The notes under the pieces: generated by a model | Database searches by the model: none | What the model was told of the DNA's origin: nothing | Seen by the model: the letters and a program-made list of their open reading frames with translations, nothing else | Position numbers and translations under genes: made by a program | Source: Felis catus | Taxonomy: Eukaryota | Assembly (NCBI RefSeq): GCF_018350175.1 | Contig: NC_058368.1 | Coordinates: forward strand, 186,126,001-186,190,000 | DNA: 64,000 nucleotides | Reading direction: 5' to 3' | Shown here: positions 38,593-52,522 of the stretch, one piece after another | Numbering within the stretch: position 1 is the first letter of the stretch | Layout of the letters: each line of letters starts with the position of its first letter

Positions 38593-39026
38593 ACAGATAT
38601 GATCGAACATCAAGATTTAACTTTTTCTTGGGGCACTGGCCAAAACTTGTTGAAAAGAAAGTATCTCTTCTTTGGGCCACATAGCACTTTAATCTTACCT
38701 TTAAATAATCCCCCTTACTCAAGGAAATTGTTTTTGAATAAAGCATGCTCCTGAGAGTACTGCTTTACTGGCTACTACCTAAGGCTTGAATTTAAAAACA
38801 GTTTTGGTATATTATTTCTGTTTCTTCTATTTTTGCAGTGGCTATGAAGGGAAGAAGCAGAACTTACTTGGACAGCTGACCTCCAAATATGTGGATTCAG
38901 TTTCCACATGTCAACTCATCAACTCCCAGTGGTAATCTGTGCAGAAATAGGACTGCTGAAGAACAGAGAGTGACCAATTTTAATAAAACCAAATTCAAAT
39001 GTTTAACCTTTTAGTACTTGAGTAAC

Positions 39027-39078
39027 TTTTTTTAATGTTTATTTATCTATTTTGATAGAGAAAGAACAGGGGAGGGAC

Positions 39079-39110
<32 letters not shown>

Positions 39111-39253
39111 GGAGAGAAGGAGAGAATCCTAAGCAGGTTCCACACTGTCAGCACAGAGCCTGATTCAGGGCCCAATGTCACCAACAGGGAGATCATGACT
39201 TGAGCTGAAGTCAAGAGTTTGATGCTTAACCAACTGAGCCACCCACATGCCCC
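39027..39253 (-). mobile_element. Can-SINE (older)
   Basis: TSD agtacttgagtaa / agtacttgaataa. Confidence 0.92.
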
Positions 39254-42200
39254 AAGTACTTGAATAAATTTTTTTAAAGAGAAGTGCTCAACAATATTTT
39301 GAAGAGATCCTCATTCAACCCCTCACCCTGAGATTATTGTGATGCCAGAAATTCTAATTATATTCAACAATGTGGTTTCACAAACTTGAGTGTTGGGAAT
39401 ATCTAGGCAGTGTGTCATTGTGTGCACATTTGCCACCCTCTAAAACTAGATCATTCTGAGGGTAAATTATACTTTATCTTTCAAGATTATAAAAATTTAT
39501 AGTAATTATAATAACCACAGACATTTCTCTGCTCTTACATCAGTTGAAAACTATAGCTAATGGGCAAGTGGAGACAGCTACAAACAGCAGAAGCAAATGT
39601 TACTGAATGATCTACAAACAGCTGTACTACAACGAAGAGAGGATAATATCGTCTCATTTATAATGTCTGAAACTGAGTTTTCTCTTTAAAGGACAAAGTA
39701 ATTTAATTTTCAAAAATACTTGAATTTTATTATTGAGAAAAAAAACCCTTTATTTTAACAGGTTCATTGAATTTCATTTCTTCATTTTACTTGTACTGAC
39801 TTTTCCATACATAGGTGGAATTTATTATAGTTAGCAGTTTTACACCTAATGAGACAAAAATCTCTAAGATTTATTTCAATAAAATTTTGAAGTCCTTCTC
39901 ATTTACGGTAAAATGTATATTCTTTCCCTGGTAAACCTATGCTTTATCGTTTAAATGCTCAGTGTTTCCTCTATCCTTACCCCCAGGTATTGTTACTTTA
40001 GTTTCTGGAGTAACAGAAACTAGTCTAGTACTTTAGTTTCTGGACTAAAACCAATGAACCCATAAACACAGGCTGTAATATGGGTACCGCATGCAAATAA
40101 TAAAATAATAGCTCAGATTTGTTTTTGAGCTCCTTTGGTAACTGTACCACTCTCGCTATTCCTATTTCCAAGTCTAGATTTTCCTTTTAGATTTACCTTT
40201 TTAATGATTTCTATCTCTTCATTGAGATTCTCTATGTAATGTATCATTTTCGTAACAATTTTATTACATGAACATAGCTTTTTATTCTTCAAATACACTG
40301 ATTATATTGCTTTGAAGTCAGCTCAATGTGGATGCCTTATTATCCTCATCTTCCCATTAAATTTCCATTTCTGGTTCTTCTGCCAGTCTTTTGTTTTCTC
40401 TAACCAGGATTGTAACTTCTGGCTACCTTCAGTATTAGTCTTCTTATCCATTTGCTTATAATATTGCTACTGTTTCTAACAGTATCCATGGGTTTAGAAC
40501 TTTTGCATGCTTTGCCCTATATTAAGTGAGAACCTCTGCAGGTGGGAAGGTGTTTATTAACCCAGCTTGTCCTTCTCTGGTAGCATTATTGCAGAAATGT
40601 AGACAAAGAGATCATGAGTATAATTCCGGGTTAAAACATGGCATTATACACGCTCTTAAAAAAGTTGCAGCCCTATTATGCTTTTGTTTATGTCTTGAGT
40701 AAATATTCCTTACTTTGTTGCATGACTTTGGTTGATTTCTAGAATTCTGAAATCATTGTTTTAGAAAACCTGGCAAGTTTCATTTGTCTTGGGAAAGTTG
40801 ATTTGCTTGGGTCCTTCCTCAGCTATTCTAGCAATGTTCACATTAATTATTATTATTCTTGTTTCTTGCATAAATAAGGCTCAGCAGGAACTGCCCAATG
40901 GGCCATGTCAATCTTTAACGTGAGGTCTCTAATTTCAATGGCTCTTTATGCCATGATGGATTCCAAAGTGTCCAATATAAGCCACCCTAATCATATCTAG
41001 CTTACCTAAAATGACCTTTCCTTTTGATATGAAATGACTATTCATGGTGTTTGTAATATATTATAAGATATTAATTTTTCTTTTTTTTTAAGATATTAAT
41101 TTTTCAAACAGACCTGTAGTCAAGGAGATCCAGTGTAAATGTGTTTTTAAAAGATGAGTTTTGAAAGTATCAGCTTTATAATGAAGGCAATATTACTTAC
41201 ACAGTGTTTTAGGCAAATCAACAGACCTGTATGAATTTCTTTTTTTATAACTAAACTGTTTATGGTAAGAATCAAAGAAAATAATATCCAGGATTATACT
41301 TTGATGGACTATTAATGAAGAAATCATACCTTCCATAATAAAATTTGCTACGTTATAGAGAAAGGTAAATTACCAACGAAAACCAAAAAGAACCTTACTG
41401 TTTTTCAGCCCCATGCAGATATTGATTTCTCTTTACACCACAAATATTTTGCTGAAAAATAATATGACTTCAGAAGATGTAGGTAGTTAGTATTCTTTCA
41501 AATACAGTTTTAAAGCTTGCTCACTAATAATGAGGAGGATCACCTGCCCTTTCTCTGTGAAATAATTCTCACACCAAACATAGTATAAGCTGTTCAATTA
41601 ATGACCACCAAATGAATGCATGGATCTGCATAGATTTTCTGAAAAACAGAGATCACTGATCAGTTGAATTAGTCAAATTCAACTGGCTCATATATTTGAT
41701 AAATGTAGTAGTTTCAAAATTAGAGTTAAAAAGAATTTCAGTACTGAATGTTTTTTTGTAACATTGGAGTAATGTTACAATACATGGACTCTTTCTCCAC
41801 ATGGCACAAAATAACTGGGGCTGAGGCTAAATACACTGGGAATGGGGTCTGTTTCTCACGGTACCTGGTGCTTCCTTTAGTGTCATATTTGGTCTTCACT
41901 CACATGTGTTAGTTCCCTGGCAATAGACTTTGTAACTCTCTGAGTTAAGTTTTAATGTGTTACTACCATCTTTGAATGAAAGGCCTGCCCCTCATCACCA
42001 TCGGCCATCCTCAGCAACAGAGCACCTGATAAATACTGAATCATCTTTTAAAAACTAGCTCAGCTAACACATTGATTTGAAGCCTTCCCTCATACCATTT
42101 CCCGAGTATAAATGCCCCATACCTTGTACATTTATTGGTAGATGTACATCTTGTTTAAAGTGTTGTAACTTTGGGTTCCCTTGGATTCTCTATGAATTAT

Positions 42201-43639
42201 GAACTTTCCAAGATCACACAGTCATCTTCATTTCTGTAATCTCAGTACCTACCACAGTATCTGAAGGTTTGTAAGAGGTCTCAAATGTTAGATGGTGGTT
42301 AAATGGCTAACAACGCATAGTGCTGGCATTATATCCCGAGTCCACTGACAAACTGTCCAGGACCACTTCAATTCCTCTGACATTTTAAGTTTTATCTTGG
42401 ATATTATTAGTTCCTCTAGATAAAATTATGTACCTTATGAAGAGTGCCAAATTAGCCCTGCCATTTGTCTCTTAGCTTCCTCTACTTTTCTTACAGTATT
42501 TATATTATTTTCACCTGATTCTCTTCCTCCCCTAATTTCAATTTCCTAAAGGAAAAAGGCCATGAAATATTCATGTCTCCATCCTATCATGTAGCACAAT
42601 ACTTAACACAGGTTAGAGACGCAGCAAATGTTAGAGAATTTAGTGTAATTAAATTAACATCTGGAGTTCATTTGACTGAAATGTTGTTATAATGTAATGA
42701 GTCAGATGATTGTTCTTGTTGGTCATCAGAGTTGGATAGATTTTAGAAAACTCCAACAGAAGGTATTAACAAACAGATATAATGAAATTCAAACAGAGGG
42801 CCAACTACCATGCCAAGTTCATTCTTATTTTGATACCTTAGATAATTATTATGGTGAGCCCTGACATGCATATATTTTGATAGCCAAAATTATCATCATT
42901 CACTACATTCATTTTTGTGAGAGCCAATAAATCAATGAATGTAATAATTTTCCTAGTATATTTGGATTGAATAAGTAATTTGGAGGATTTTTAAATGATT
43001 AATTTTGCTAAACCCTGAATCATTTTTTAGGAAGATTATTTGTAAAAATACAATTTATTTTGTTTTTGCCTGGCCACCATCTGACACAGAAAGACTGTGC
43101 CTCACATAGTCTTATCTGTGGAAACCAAGTACAGTTTTATGCCTTACACTGAAATAATTTTTCTGTTGTCTTTCAAGTAGTTATAAGTATTTTGTACTTT
43201 AATCTGACTTTGTGGTTATAGAAACATTGAGGAATGTTATAGCTCCAGGGGAGACTTAAAAATACAGTGCTCAGATTCCTCCCTCCAAAAATGAAACCAG
43301 TATCTACGAAGTAGATCAGAAAACAAATGTGCTGTATTGACAGTCGATACTCTATTATCAGTTCAGCGTTTTGATTCTGTTCTATTTATGTTTTATAAAT
43401 TTTAAGTTGACGTGCTACTGGCAGCATCAGATACCGGGTGTTTCATAACTCCTCTTTGTAAAAGTGATTCAATTAAAACCACAGTTTAGAGTCATACTAT
43501 TTATACATGTTCAAAATTCTTCTCTGTACCCGAGATTCTTGCTAGCACTTGGCACTTTTAGGTGCTCCTATGTGAAAATGTTTAAAACGAGTCGTTGGTA
43601 GGTCCTATTGATAATATGAAAAGAGACTCAAGCATTCCA

Positions 43640-46222
43640 TTTTGTTATTGAATAATGTTAGTTTTATTGTTATAATAGAATACAGTATGACATAAAATTA
43701 AGAGCTTTTGCTAAACTCTGTAAAGCAATACATGCATCTGCCATAAACAACCTCGATTCATGTTAGGTTTTATTGCCACTTCACTGCACTGAGGTGCAAT
43801 AAACATTCAGCGTCATCTTTTAAAAAATGTTCCTGGGAATAAACAGGAACTGTCCTCTATAAGAGTGTATCTTTATTTTCAAGGAAGACTTAACTAGTAT
43901 TACATGGTTTAGCAAAGCACTGTAGAAAAGCTACATAGAATAATTTATCTTTGATAAATTGTGCAGTCAATTTATACAATAGAATACTATCCACACACAC
44001 TAACAAACTAAGAAATGATAGAAATGCAATCATTGCATAGCAGAAAGCAGACTAATAAGAAATATTCACATCTAATGAGTAAAATACAGACCAAATGTTA
44101 GGCGTGAGGAGTCTGGAAGATAAAATGCTCTTAATCAACACATTAAGTTAACGCCGAAAAATAACAGATATAAACAGCAACACGGATGTTAGAGCCATAT
44201 ATATATATTTTTTTATTTTCTATACATGATATCTACACATGATACCAGAGGATGAAACGTCCTTGGTTCAGTCTTTATTGGCCTAGCTCATTGAATTTAG
44301 GCAGGACCAAATCAAACAATAAAGCACATTTAAAAAGAAAACCAGAGTTTGCTTAGGAAAACACAAACTGTGCTTTTTCCTACATCATTGGATAGCAGCT
44401 TTTTGAAAGAAACATTGCTCAAAAGTTGGATATGGATCCCAATGGACTTATTTGGCAATTATGCTGATAGGTTTATATGTCGTAGCATTTTAAGTGTGGT
44501 TAGACTATGACCTGTGGATTCTGGATGCTAATTTTAAACATCTCTGAAATTCTGTTAGACAAAAGGAGACTTCAAAAATACCTTCTGCATAAATATTCAT
44601 CTCTAAAACTTCTGGGAAGTAATGAAACAGACCAGAATTTTTATAGGGAGTATTAATGGACCTCCTATAGTTAAAGCCCTTACATAGTATACCTACAAAT
44701 ATATTGCTACAGTATAAATGAAATGTAATTATGTTACTCAATAAAAGCTATTTCCTGTACATTCTTTCATGTATTTTTATATTTAATGCTACATATGGTA
44801 CAACACTTATTGAAATAATTGGTATCAGCAAATATAGCGATAATATACAGTTGATCTTCTAGCTCCAACTAATGCTTTTCCATTTTCTTTCTATTTTACA
44901 AGAGCCTAAAATAGGGAAATGTGGCATGACTTGAGCAGATAGCAGCTGATTTACTACTGTACCCCAGATAATAGTTCGAAATTACAAGCTTTCTCTACAT
45001 AAGTAGACTTTATATTTTAAATTCCATCTGATTCCCACAGGCTGTTCTGTTTTTAATGCAGGCTCTAAAGGTATTTCCATATAGCACTTAACAACATTCT
45101 AACAGCTAAGAGCGGTGAGTCCTACACAATATTTTAAGAACACAACTTTAAAAAAGTAAAAAATGTACAATCTCATGCTGTATATTTACATATATAATTT
45201 GTTTATATAGTCTATATTTGTTTACTAATCATAAATTTCAATCTAAAGCTTTTAATGTACTGTTATATAAAATAATACATTCAACAATTCTAGAGCTTGC
45301 AAAATAGGTTTGCCTCTCTAAAAACATCTTCATAATGAGTATCAAGTGATTATTGGACCCATGTGCTATCTGGATATAGATAAGGTGGCAAAGGGAATAT
45401 TTTTAATTGTTTTATTTCATTTTTATTAATATTTTTTTTTTAGTTTTTAGTTTTTATTGAGTGTATGTCTCTGTTAAAATGACTTCTCATCGAAGCAAGT
45501 GGTAAAAGCTCAGATGATGATGAAGTAGCCTATTTAAAGCATTTCTCTTTTTTGGATTAAATGCTTAAGGAACTGTACGTTTGCTTATGCAATCTCCATG
45601 GATTCTAAAATAGCATTTAACAGCAATATAATGCACTAGCCATTTTTAAAAGGAGGAAAAAAATTGGGATCTTTAGCTTTGGAAACAAAGTGTTAAAGCT
45701 ATACATCCGTTCAAAAAACAAAACTAAATGTAAGCACACTGTAGTTTGTGCAATAAAGACATAGATTTTTAAAATTGTTGTCATTAAACATTTATAATGT
45801 ATTCTTTGAAACACCTCCACATAAAAATATTTTTGACATATACAGTATCTTTTTTTTTTAGAATATTTGGAAATAAATATCTACAAATGACCTGGAGTTA
45901 CAGACTTAAGTTTTATTTTCCTTCTACTTTCCCTCATAGCTTGGACCTCCTTCCCCACCTTTCCTCTCTGTTTCATTCTGTCTCCTTCTGTCGTGATTTT
46001 TCTCTCTCGCTTCCTCTCTCAGAATCCTGTCTCTCAGCTGTATGTTCTGCTTTGCTCTGGACTGCTGGACAGGGGTCTGTTGTTCTCGTATGAATTATGG
46101 AAATAAGGAAACCTTCAAATTCTTTAAGACAGAGGCAAGAAAGCAGATGGGAATCACCGCGTTGAGAACAGAAAGCAATTCCCAGTGCAGAAGACTGAAC
46201 AACGGAATGTGAATAGAAGGAC
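43640..46222 (-). other. GABRA1: GABRA1 3' UTR (~2.6 kb; distal end approximate)
   Basis: AU-rich stretch without recognisable transposons directly after the stop codon, with several AATAAA hexamers; end inferred from the hexamer at 43668-43663. Confidence 0.75.
43663..43668 (-). terminator. Probable distal polyadenylation signal of GABRA1
   Basis: AATAAA on the minus strand, followed ~35-50 nt later by a GU/U-rich tract (GCTTGAGTCTCTTTTC). Confidence 0.6.
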
Positions 46223-46564
<342 letters not shown>

Positions 46565-46681
46565 TCAGTAAACTGTGGGAAGGAAGTTTATAAGTTGCTG
46601 AGCAAAATCTATACTTTGATTAACATGTAAGAAATGGAATGTATACCTGCTTTATTGAGACAAATTAAAAATGCAGACACA

Positions 46682-47014
46682 AATGCCCAGTTATAAGATT
46701 GACAAGTTTGGGCATCTACTATACAGGATGGTGATTACACCTAGAGACATACATATACTTATACATATCATATATTATGATATACTAAATACATATCATA
46801 TACTTGAATGTTGCTAAGGCTAAGTCTTAAATGTTCTCACCACACACACACAAAAAAGAAATGGTAACTTTGTGATGGGATGGAGACAGTAGTAGGGTAG
46901 GGTAGGGTAGTAATGACTTCATAACATATGAATGTATCATCAATCATATCAACTACATGGTATACCTCAAACTTACACAATATCATGTGTCACATATCTC
47001 AGTAAAGCTGGGGG
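46682..47014 (+). mobile_element. 5'-truncated L1 (L1MA-like 3' end) in the last GABRA1 intron
   Basis: cttaaatgttctcaccac...aaatggtaact...aacttacacaat...ctcagtaaagctggggg; perfect TSD AAAAATGCAGACACA at 46667-46681 and 47015-47029. Confidence 0.88.
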
Positions 47015-47064
47015 AAAAATGCAGACACAGTATTTTCCAGGCTTCCCTATCAAGAGGTAGAGTG

Positions 47065-47410
47065 ATGTGATGCCATGTTAGGAGCCTATCCTCAAGAAGC
47101 TTTGCAGCCTCAGCATTTACCCTCTGAAAACATTACTGCCTCATGAATTAGCTTGGACTAGAAAACTGAGTGACCAGAGACCATGTACAGTGAGAAGCCC
47201 AGTCCCAGTGTCAGGCCCCAGACGAGTGAGAGGCCATTGTGGATCCTCTGCTCCTGATAGAGTCTCCAGTTTACTGCAACCATGTTGGTGAGCCCATATC
47301 CTCCTAATAGAAGTACCACCAGGTTGCTCCCAGCCCCACATGCCTGGAGGTTGCTGTAGGTCACTAAGTTTTGAAGTGGTTTGTTTTGCAGCGATGAGTT
47401 GCTGAGACAA
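47065..47410 (+). mobile_element. MLT1 (F/G/H-like) LTR
   Basis: gtgagaggccattgtgga...; typical end cactaagttttgaagtggtttgttttgcagcga...ctgagaca. Confidence 0.7.
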
Positions 47411-47593
47411 CAATTATTTGCTCCTTCTCCCCAGGTTGCAAGTGGGCAAATGATAAAACAGTTATTCAGGGTATCTTGAAGCCAATTTCTTGTTCAGTGT
47501 CAGCGGCTTGTCAATGTTATCTGCACAACTGCAGCATTTCTTGGGGTTTCTATCATATAGACATTTCCAAAAAATGAAGTGGATCATTGTTCA

Positions 47594-48010
47594 CAGCTAT
47601 GTGGTCTGATATACTGTCATTAGCCACTTGTGACTATTGAGCACTTGAAACATCGCTACTCTGAGATGTGTGTAAGTATAAAAATGCGCACAGGATTTTG
47701 AAGGCCTAGTATAAAAAAAGGAAAAGAATGCAATATATCTCTTTAATAGTGATTTTTATTGTTTACACATTATAAAGATGCTATTTTGGATATATTGGTA
47801 AAAGCATATTACTAAATCACTAAATTCTACACCTAAAACTAATATTACACTATATGTTAACTAACTGGAAATTAAATCAAAACTTGAAAAAGAAAACAAA
47901 AAAAATTAATTTCCCTGATTTGTACTTTTGAAAAAAGCTAATAGAAAATTTTAAATTATATACATCATTCACATTTGTGGCTCACATGTTTCTGTTGGAT
48001 AGCAGTAGTT
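47594..48010. mobile_element. MER33-like hAT-Charlie DNA transposon with a nested carnivore L1 3' tip (~47814-47905)
   Basis: tagccacttgtgactattgagcacttgaaa...attttggatatattgg...tttctgttggatagca; insert aaatcactaaattctacacctaaaactaatattacactatatgttaactaactgg. Confidence 0.75.
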
Positions 48011-48597
48011 TAGAAGAGTAGTTCTCATTCTTTTGTGCACACTAAATCACTAGTTAAACATTTTTAAAGGGCAAATATCTTGGGCACAATCTCATATTTT
48101 GAATCAGAAAACCAGAAGTGGAGTCTGGTTACTGATGTTCCAAAAAGGTATAGAGAATCCTGATGAACAGCTAAACTTAGTCAGCCAGACTCAATGTTCT
48201 CTGAATAATCCGCATTTTTATTATTGAATCAGAATAAAATTTTACTACCAAAAGACCTGATGCTCTTCACAAGAAATACTAGTTAATTTTAACAGGTTAA
48301 TTTCTTTATTATCCAGCCCTGTGATGTCTCTGTTACCTTTTCCCCTCCTTCAAATCTGTAAACATTACATTAGGACAACAACAGAAAGCCCAGAAATTGT
48401 TTTTTTCTAGTATTACATCATAAAAAGTAAGGCCACTCACTCTAACTGTACTCCTATTTTATAGTGAAGACAGATTTGGTTAAGCTTTATGAAGAATGAC
48501 AGAAAGTTCCATAATTATTTGTACAAAACGGAGGCAAGTAAAAGTAATTCTCTCTTTCACTGTCAAAATGACTACAGGTCAAAAATAGATATGGTTT

Positions 48598-48971
48598 AGT
48601 AAGTTACACAGAGAAAGACAAACACCACATGATTTCACTTATATGTGGAATCCAAAAAACCAAAACAAATGAATAAATAAACACAAAGCAGAAACAGACC
48701 CACAAATACAGAGTAGGGTAGGCAAATACAGAGGGGGGAAGGCAAAATGGGGAAAGGGGAGTGGGAGATATAGGCTTCCAGTTATGGAATGAGTCATGAG
48801 AATAAAGGCACAGCATAGGGAATATACTGAATGGTATGATAATGGCATTGTATGGTGACATGGTAGCTACACATGTGGTGAGCATAGCATTAAGGTGTAG
48901 AGTTGCTGAATCACTATGTTGTAGGCCTGAAGTAACGTAACATTTTTTGTCACCGTACTAGAATAAAAAAA
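48598..48971 (+). mobile_element. 5'-truncated carnivore L1 3' end
   Basis: cagagaaagacaaacaccacatgatttcacttatatgtggaatc...gaatcactatgttgta; flanking repeat AGATATGGTTT at 48587-48597 and 48972-48982. Confidence 0.88.
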
Positions 48972-51734
48972 AGATATGGTTTGTTTCAACACAGTTAAAC
49001 AGCCAAACTGAACTTGTAATAGTCCATTTCTTAAAAAATAAGAATTCTAATATTACAGAATACAAGCATGCATGTCCTTTAGATAAAATGTATATGTACT
49101 CTGATGTTGAAGAGAGGCAATGGGTTCCAATCTAACCAAAACTTGTTGAATGACAGACACCTTATTAGATAAGCTGAAATGGGTAATCAGCAACAAGAAT
49201 AATTCTTGGAGGAGAGTTTATATTATTAATAGATTTCATTTCTCCCAGTGCCAAATTATTATAGTACTCCAGCACTAGAATACTAAAATCTATCAAGTTA
49301 AGTGCTTTTATTTGCAACATCAAGTTGAATAACATATTGAGAAATATCTGGTTGGCTTATCAGGAAAGAGCACTTAACATTTTTTTTTAATTTTTAAGAA
49401 CGTTAAGCTCCCCATATTCTGTAAGAAGCTGGTGTTTCTTTCAGCAATTTAGTATATGAGAATGGATCTTAAGCCGGCTACTGAATGTTGACTTGATAAT
49501 GTGATGACTTATGGAAATTTTCTTTTCATTTTCAAGTTATATCATGTTAGAGACTGAAATTTAACTCTCCTGATCATAGAATACACTCATCTGGTCATAC
49601 AAAAAATATTTTATTCATCCTCTCTGAATGTCAAAATGAGACCTGGGTCACATTGTGATCACACTCCCTGTAATAAGCAAATCAAACTGTCAAATCCCTG
49701 GGGAAGATTTTTACAGAGGCATAGATAATTTACAGAAAATATTGCCTTTCTTCTTAGGATGATAGATATAGATGATTCGCTGATAAATATATATGTGTGT
49801 GTGTATATATAGGTAGGATATGACTATACCTATATCTACATTTGTATACTGAATAACATAGACTATAGACTGATAGAGATTAGAATATTTTCATTAAGAC
49901 ACAGGACTTGGAAACCTAATACAGCATCAGACAGAGATAAATATAAACTTACCTGTGAGCTCAACCAATGCTGCAACCTAAATTCTATGTTTTCCAGACC
50001 AAATTCATGTAACAAATCACTAACAACCAATACTGATGAGCCAGAATCAGAAAGACACTGGTCTCATGCAGCAAAGTATTAAGACAGAAAAGCAATTTTT
50101 TCCAATGTTTGCACATCACTTCAGTTGCATATCACCCACGTTTGCATATCATTAATTCTGAAGAACTTTAGTAGACTATTCCAGTGATTCTAAGATGTGC
50201 ATTTAAAAATTGTTCACATCTATGACTCTGGGCTATGTCTTACGACTGGTAGTGTCTTATGACTACCCATCTCTATGTTTGGCTCTCTCTCCTTTGGGCT
50301 GCTCTTCTTTTCTAGGACAAATGGAGGCCATCAGTGGCTAAAGTAAGTATTTGACAATTACTCTGTCTTCACTCTTTTCATTCCTCTCTCCAACTAGTAA
50401 ACACAATCCCTTTGTCTTATCTCCTCTCTCTACTGACCCTGAGCCAAGGTTCTTGGTTTGAAAATTCAGATTTTGTTTTTAATACTTGCCAAGCACGTTT
50501 CAAGGGAAGGCAAATTTTGAGGGTGTGGTTCGGGTACTGTTGGCTGCCACAGTGCATTCTACACAGAGCCTTCCTTCGCTTTTACCTGTGTAGGAGAGCA
50601 TGGGGGTGTTCAGCTGATTCATCTGGGGTAGATCTAAAAGGGCTTTTACTTGGCAGTATATTTTCTTTCATATGCATATATTAATGACTCATCTTATAAT
50701 CAGTAACACTATAAATTCATTTAAATACGGTAGATGTTTCCACCACAAAGCATTCCTTTTTCTAGTACATCTGTAGAGCTATGAGGAAAACACCATTAAA
50801 CTAATTTCTTTACTATAGACCCTTTCAGATTCTCGAATATATTGTGACTCTGTGATATAGTATACACCATTATATAAGTGTATTCAACCACACAACTTTA
50901 TTTTTAGGGACTATCTCATGAGATTGGTACTCTGAGGAAAAGAATTTTGGGAAAACTACTATAGAGTGAATTCTTCTAAATTACTTCTAGATGTCTTACA
51001 ATCTCTGTGTCTCTGACTTTGACCTTCTTTCTACCATCTGAAGGTTCACCTGCATTTTGACATACTTTACTTTCAAGCCACAGAAGTATAAATATCCTCC
51101 TTTCATGTGCTTTAAAATACACTCTAGAATAGGTTCTAATTTAGAAAAACAGTAATGAGCTGTACTTGATAATTTTCTACAAAGAAGAATTTTTCTGTGA
51201 TTTCTGTGTATGATCCTTAAAGCAAAACTCTAATTTGGGGAAAGAAATATATTTATTGCCCCTTGCTTTACTGAAAATTGGAGATAATGCATCTCACAAA
51301 CTCAATTCCACTGAGGCATTATAGTCATAATATTTATGACCAAGGTGATTAGGCTCAGAAAACGACCAAAAGGCTATGATTTTCAAATTCTAAAAATTAT
51401 AATGGCATAGCTTTATTTGCTCCTAATGTCAGGTTGATTAAAGCTGTTCTCAAATCGATGGAGGGCACAGGAAAGCATACTTGAGTAGAAATGTTCTCCT
51501 TCATCTCTCTATGATCTCCTTACTCTACTCTGCCCATTTGCCCACTCAAACAACCCCTCTCTTTAGCACTACCAAAATTACCATAGCACATAGTCATTGA
51601 TGATATAAGAAACAAAGAATCCTTATCACCCCATCTCTGCATTCTTCAGCCATTTCCCAAAGTCTGAACATGCCATCTCACAGGGCTAATAAGACATACC
51701 AGTGATGCATTACAGGGGATCTTAAAGCATTTAC

Positions 51735-51937
51735 CTTTTCTGGAACCACACTTTTGCCATCCCATGCATAACCTCTCTTGGTGAAATAATTTACTGTGGC
51801 AAACTCGATCAGAGCCGAGAACACAAAGGCATAGCACACTGCAATGAACCAATCCATAGCAGTTGCATAAGCCACCTTCGGAAGGGAATTTCTGGCACTG
51901 ATACTCAAAGTTGTCATGGTGAGCACAGTTGTTACCC
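51735..51937 (-). CDS. GABRA1: GABA-A receptor alpha-1, penultimate coding exon (TM2, TM2-3 loop, TM3, start of intracellular loop)
   Basis: Translates (G)[67 protein letters not shown]; acceptor tctctttacag|GG, donor AAG|gtaaat; 203 bp; in frame with both neighbours. Confidence 0.98.
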
Positions 51938-52522
51938 CTGTAAAGAGAGAAATTAAGTAAATTTGTAGGTTCATACTGCAAAATTTGATCACTGGAGGCC
52001 AACCTACTTGTGGCACTTTTGGTAACCAGCAGTGCCATAGATACAGTGGGTTGTTGTCGTTGTTGTTTTTTAATCATCCCATGTTGGTTTGGGATGAATG
52101 AGTTTAAATACAACCCCAGTGTAGTGTATAGTTCATGGTATGGCAGTATTGAGGGGGATCTCTTGGAGAGATAAACTGCTCTGCTACTGAGAAGCTGTTA
52201 ATAAAATCATGAATTCCCTTAAACGGGCACCTTGAACAAGGTGTCCTGGGCAGGGAAGGAAACAATACTGTCTCACTGTCCCCAACGCTTTCAAACAGAA
52301 AGCATAGATCTTCATTGTCTCTGATCCACAAGAAATTGTTTATCCTTATCTCTGTTTAATATTCTATCTGCATATCCTAAATGTATAAACCAAGAAGCTA
52401 GTAGCTTCTTGTTAATCAATAATTGATAGATAATTGAATTATTTTAGGATAATATTTTGCTACATTGTTAACTTTTCTGCTTTTATACTATTTTCCCTCT
52501 AATTCTAAAATAGCTCCTCTTT

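Noticed and set aside
46877..46910. GGG...GGGTAGGGTAGGG possible G-quadruplex
   Set aside because: Only three closely spaced G3 tracts with a distant fourth; a small microsatellite inside an L1 relic
51843..51845. Possible I/M A-to-I recoding site in TM3, as in the paralog GABRA3
   Set aside because: The codon here is ATT (TGG TTC ATT GCA), not ATA, so third-position editing to Met cannot occur
51646..52113. 155-aa ORF overlapping the penultimate GABRA1 exon in another frame
   Set aside because: Shadow frame of the real exon extended into intron; no recognisable protein or independent signals
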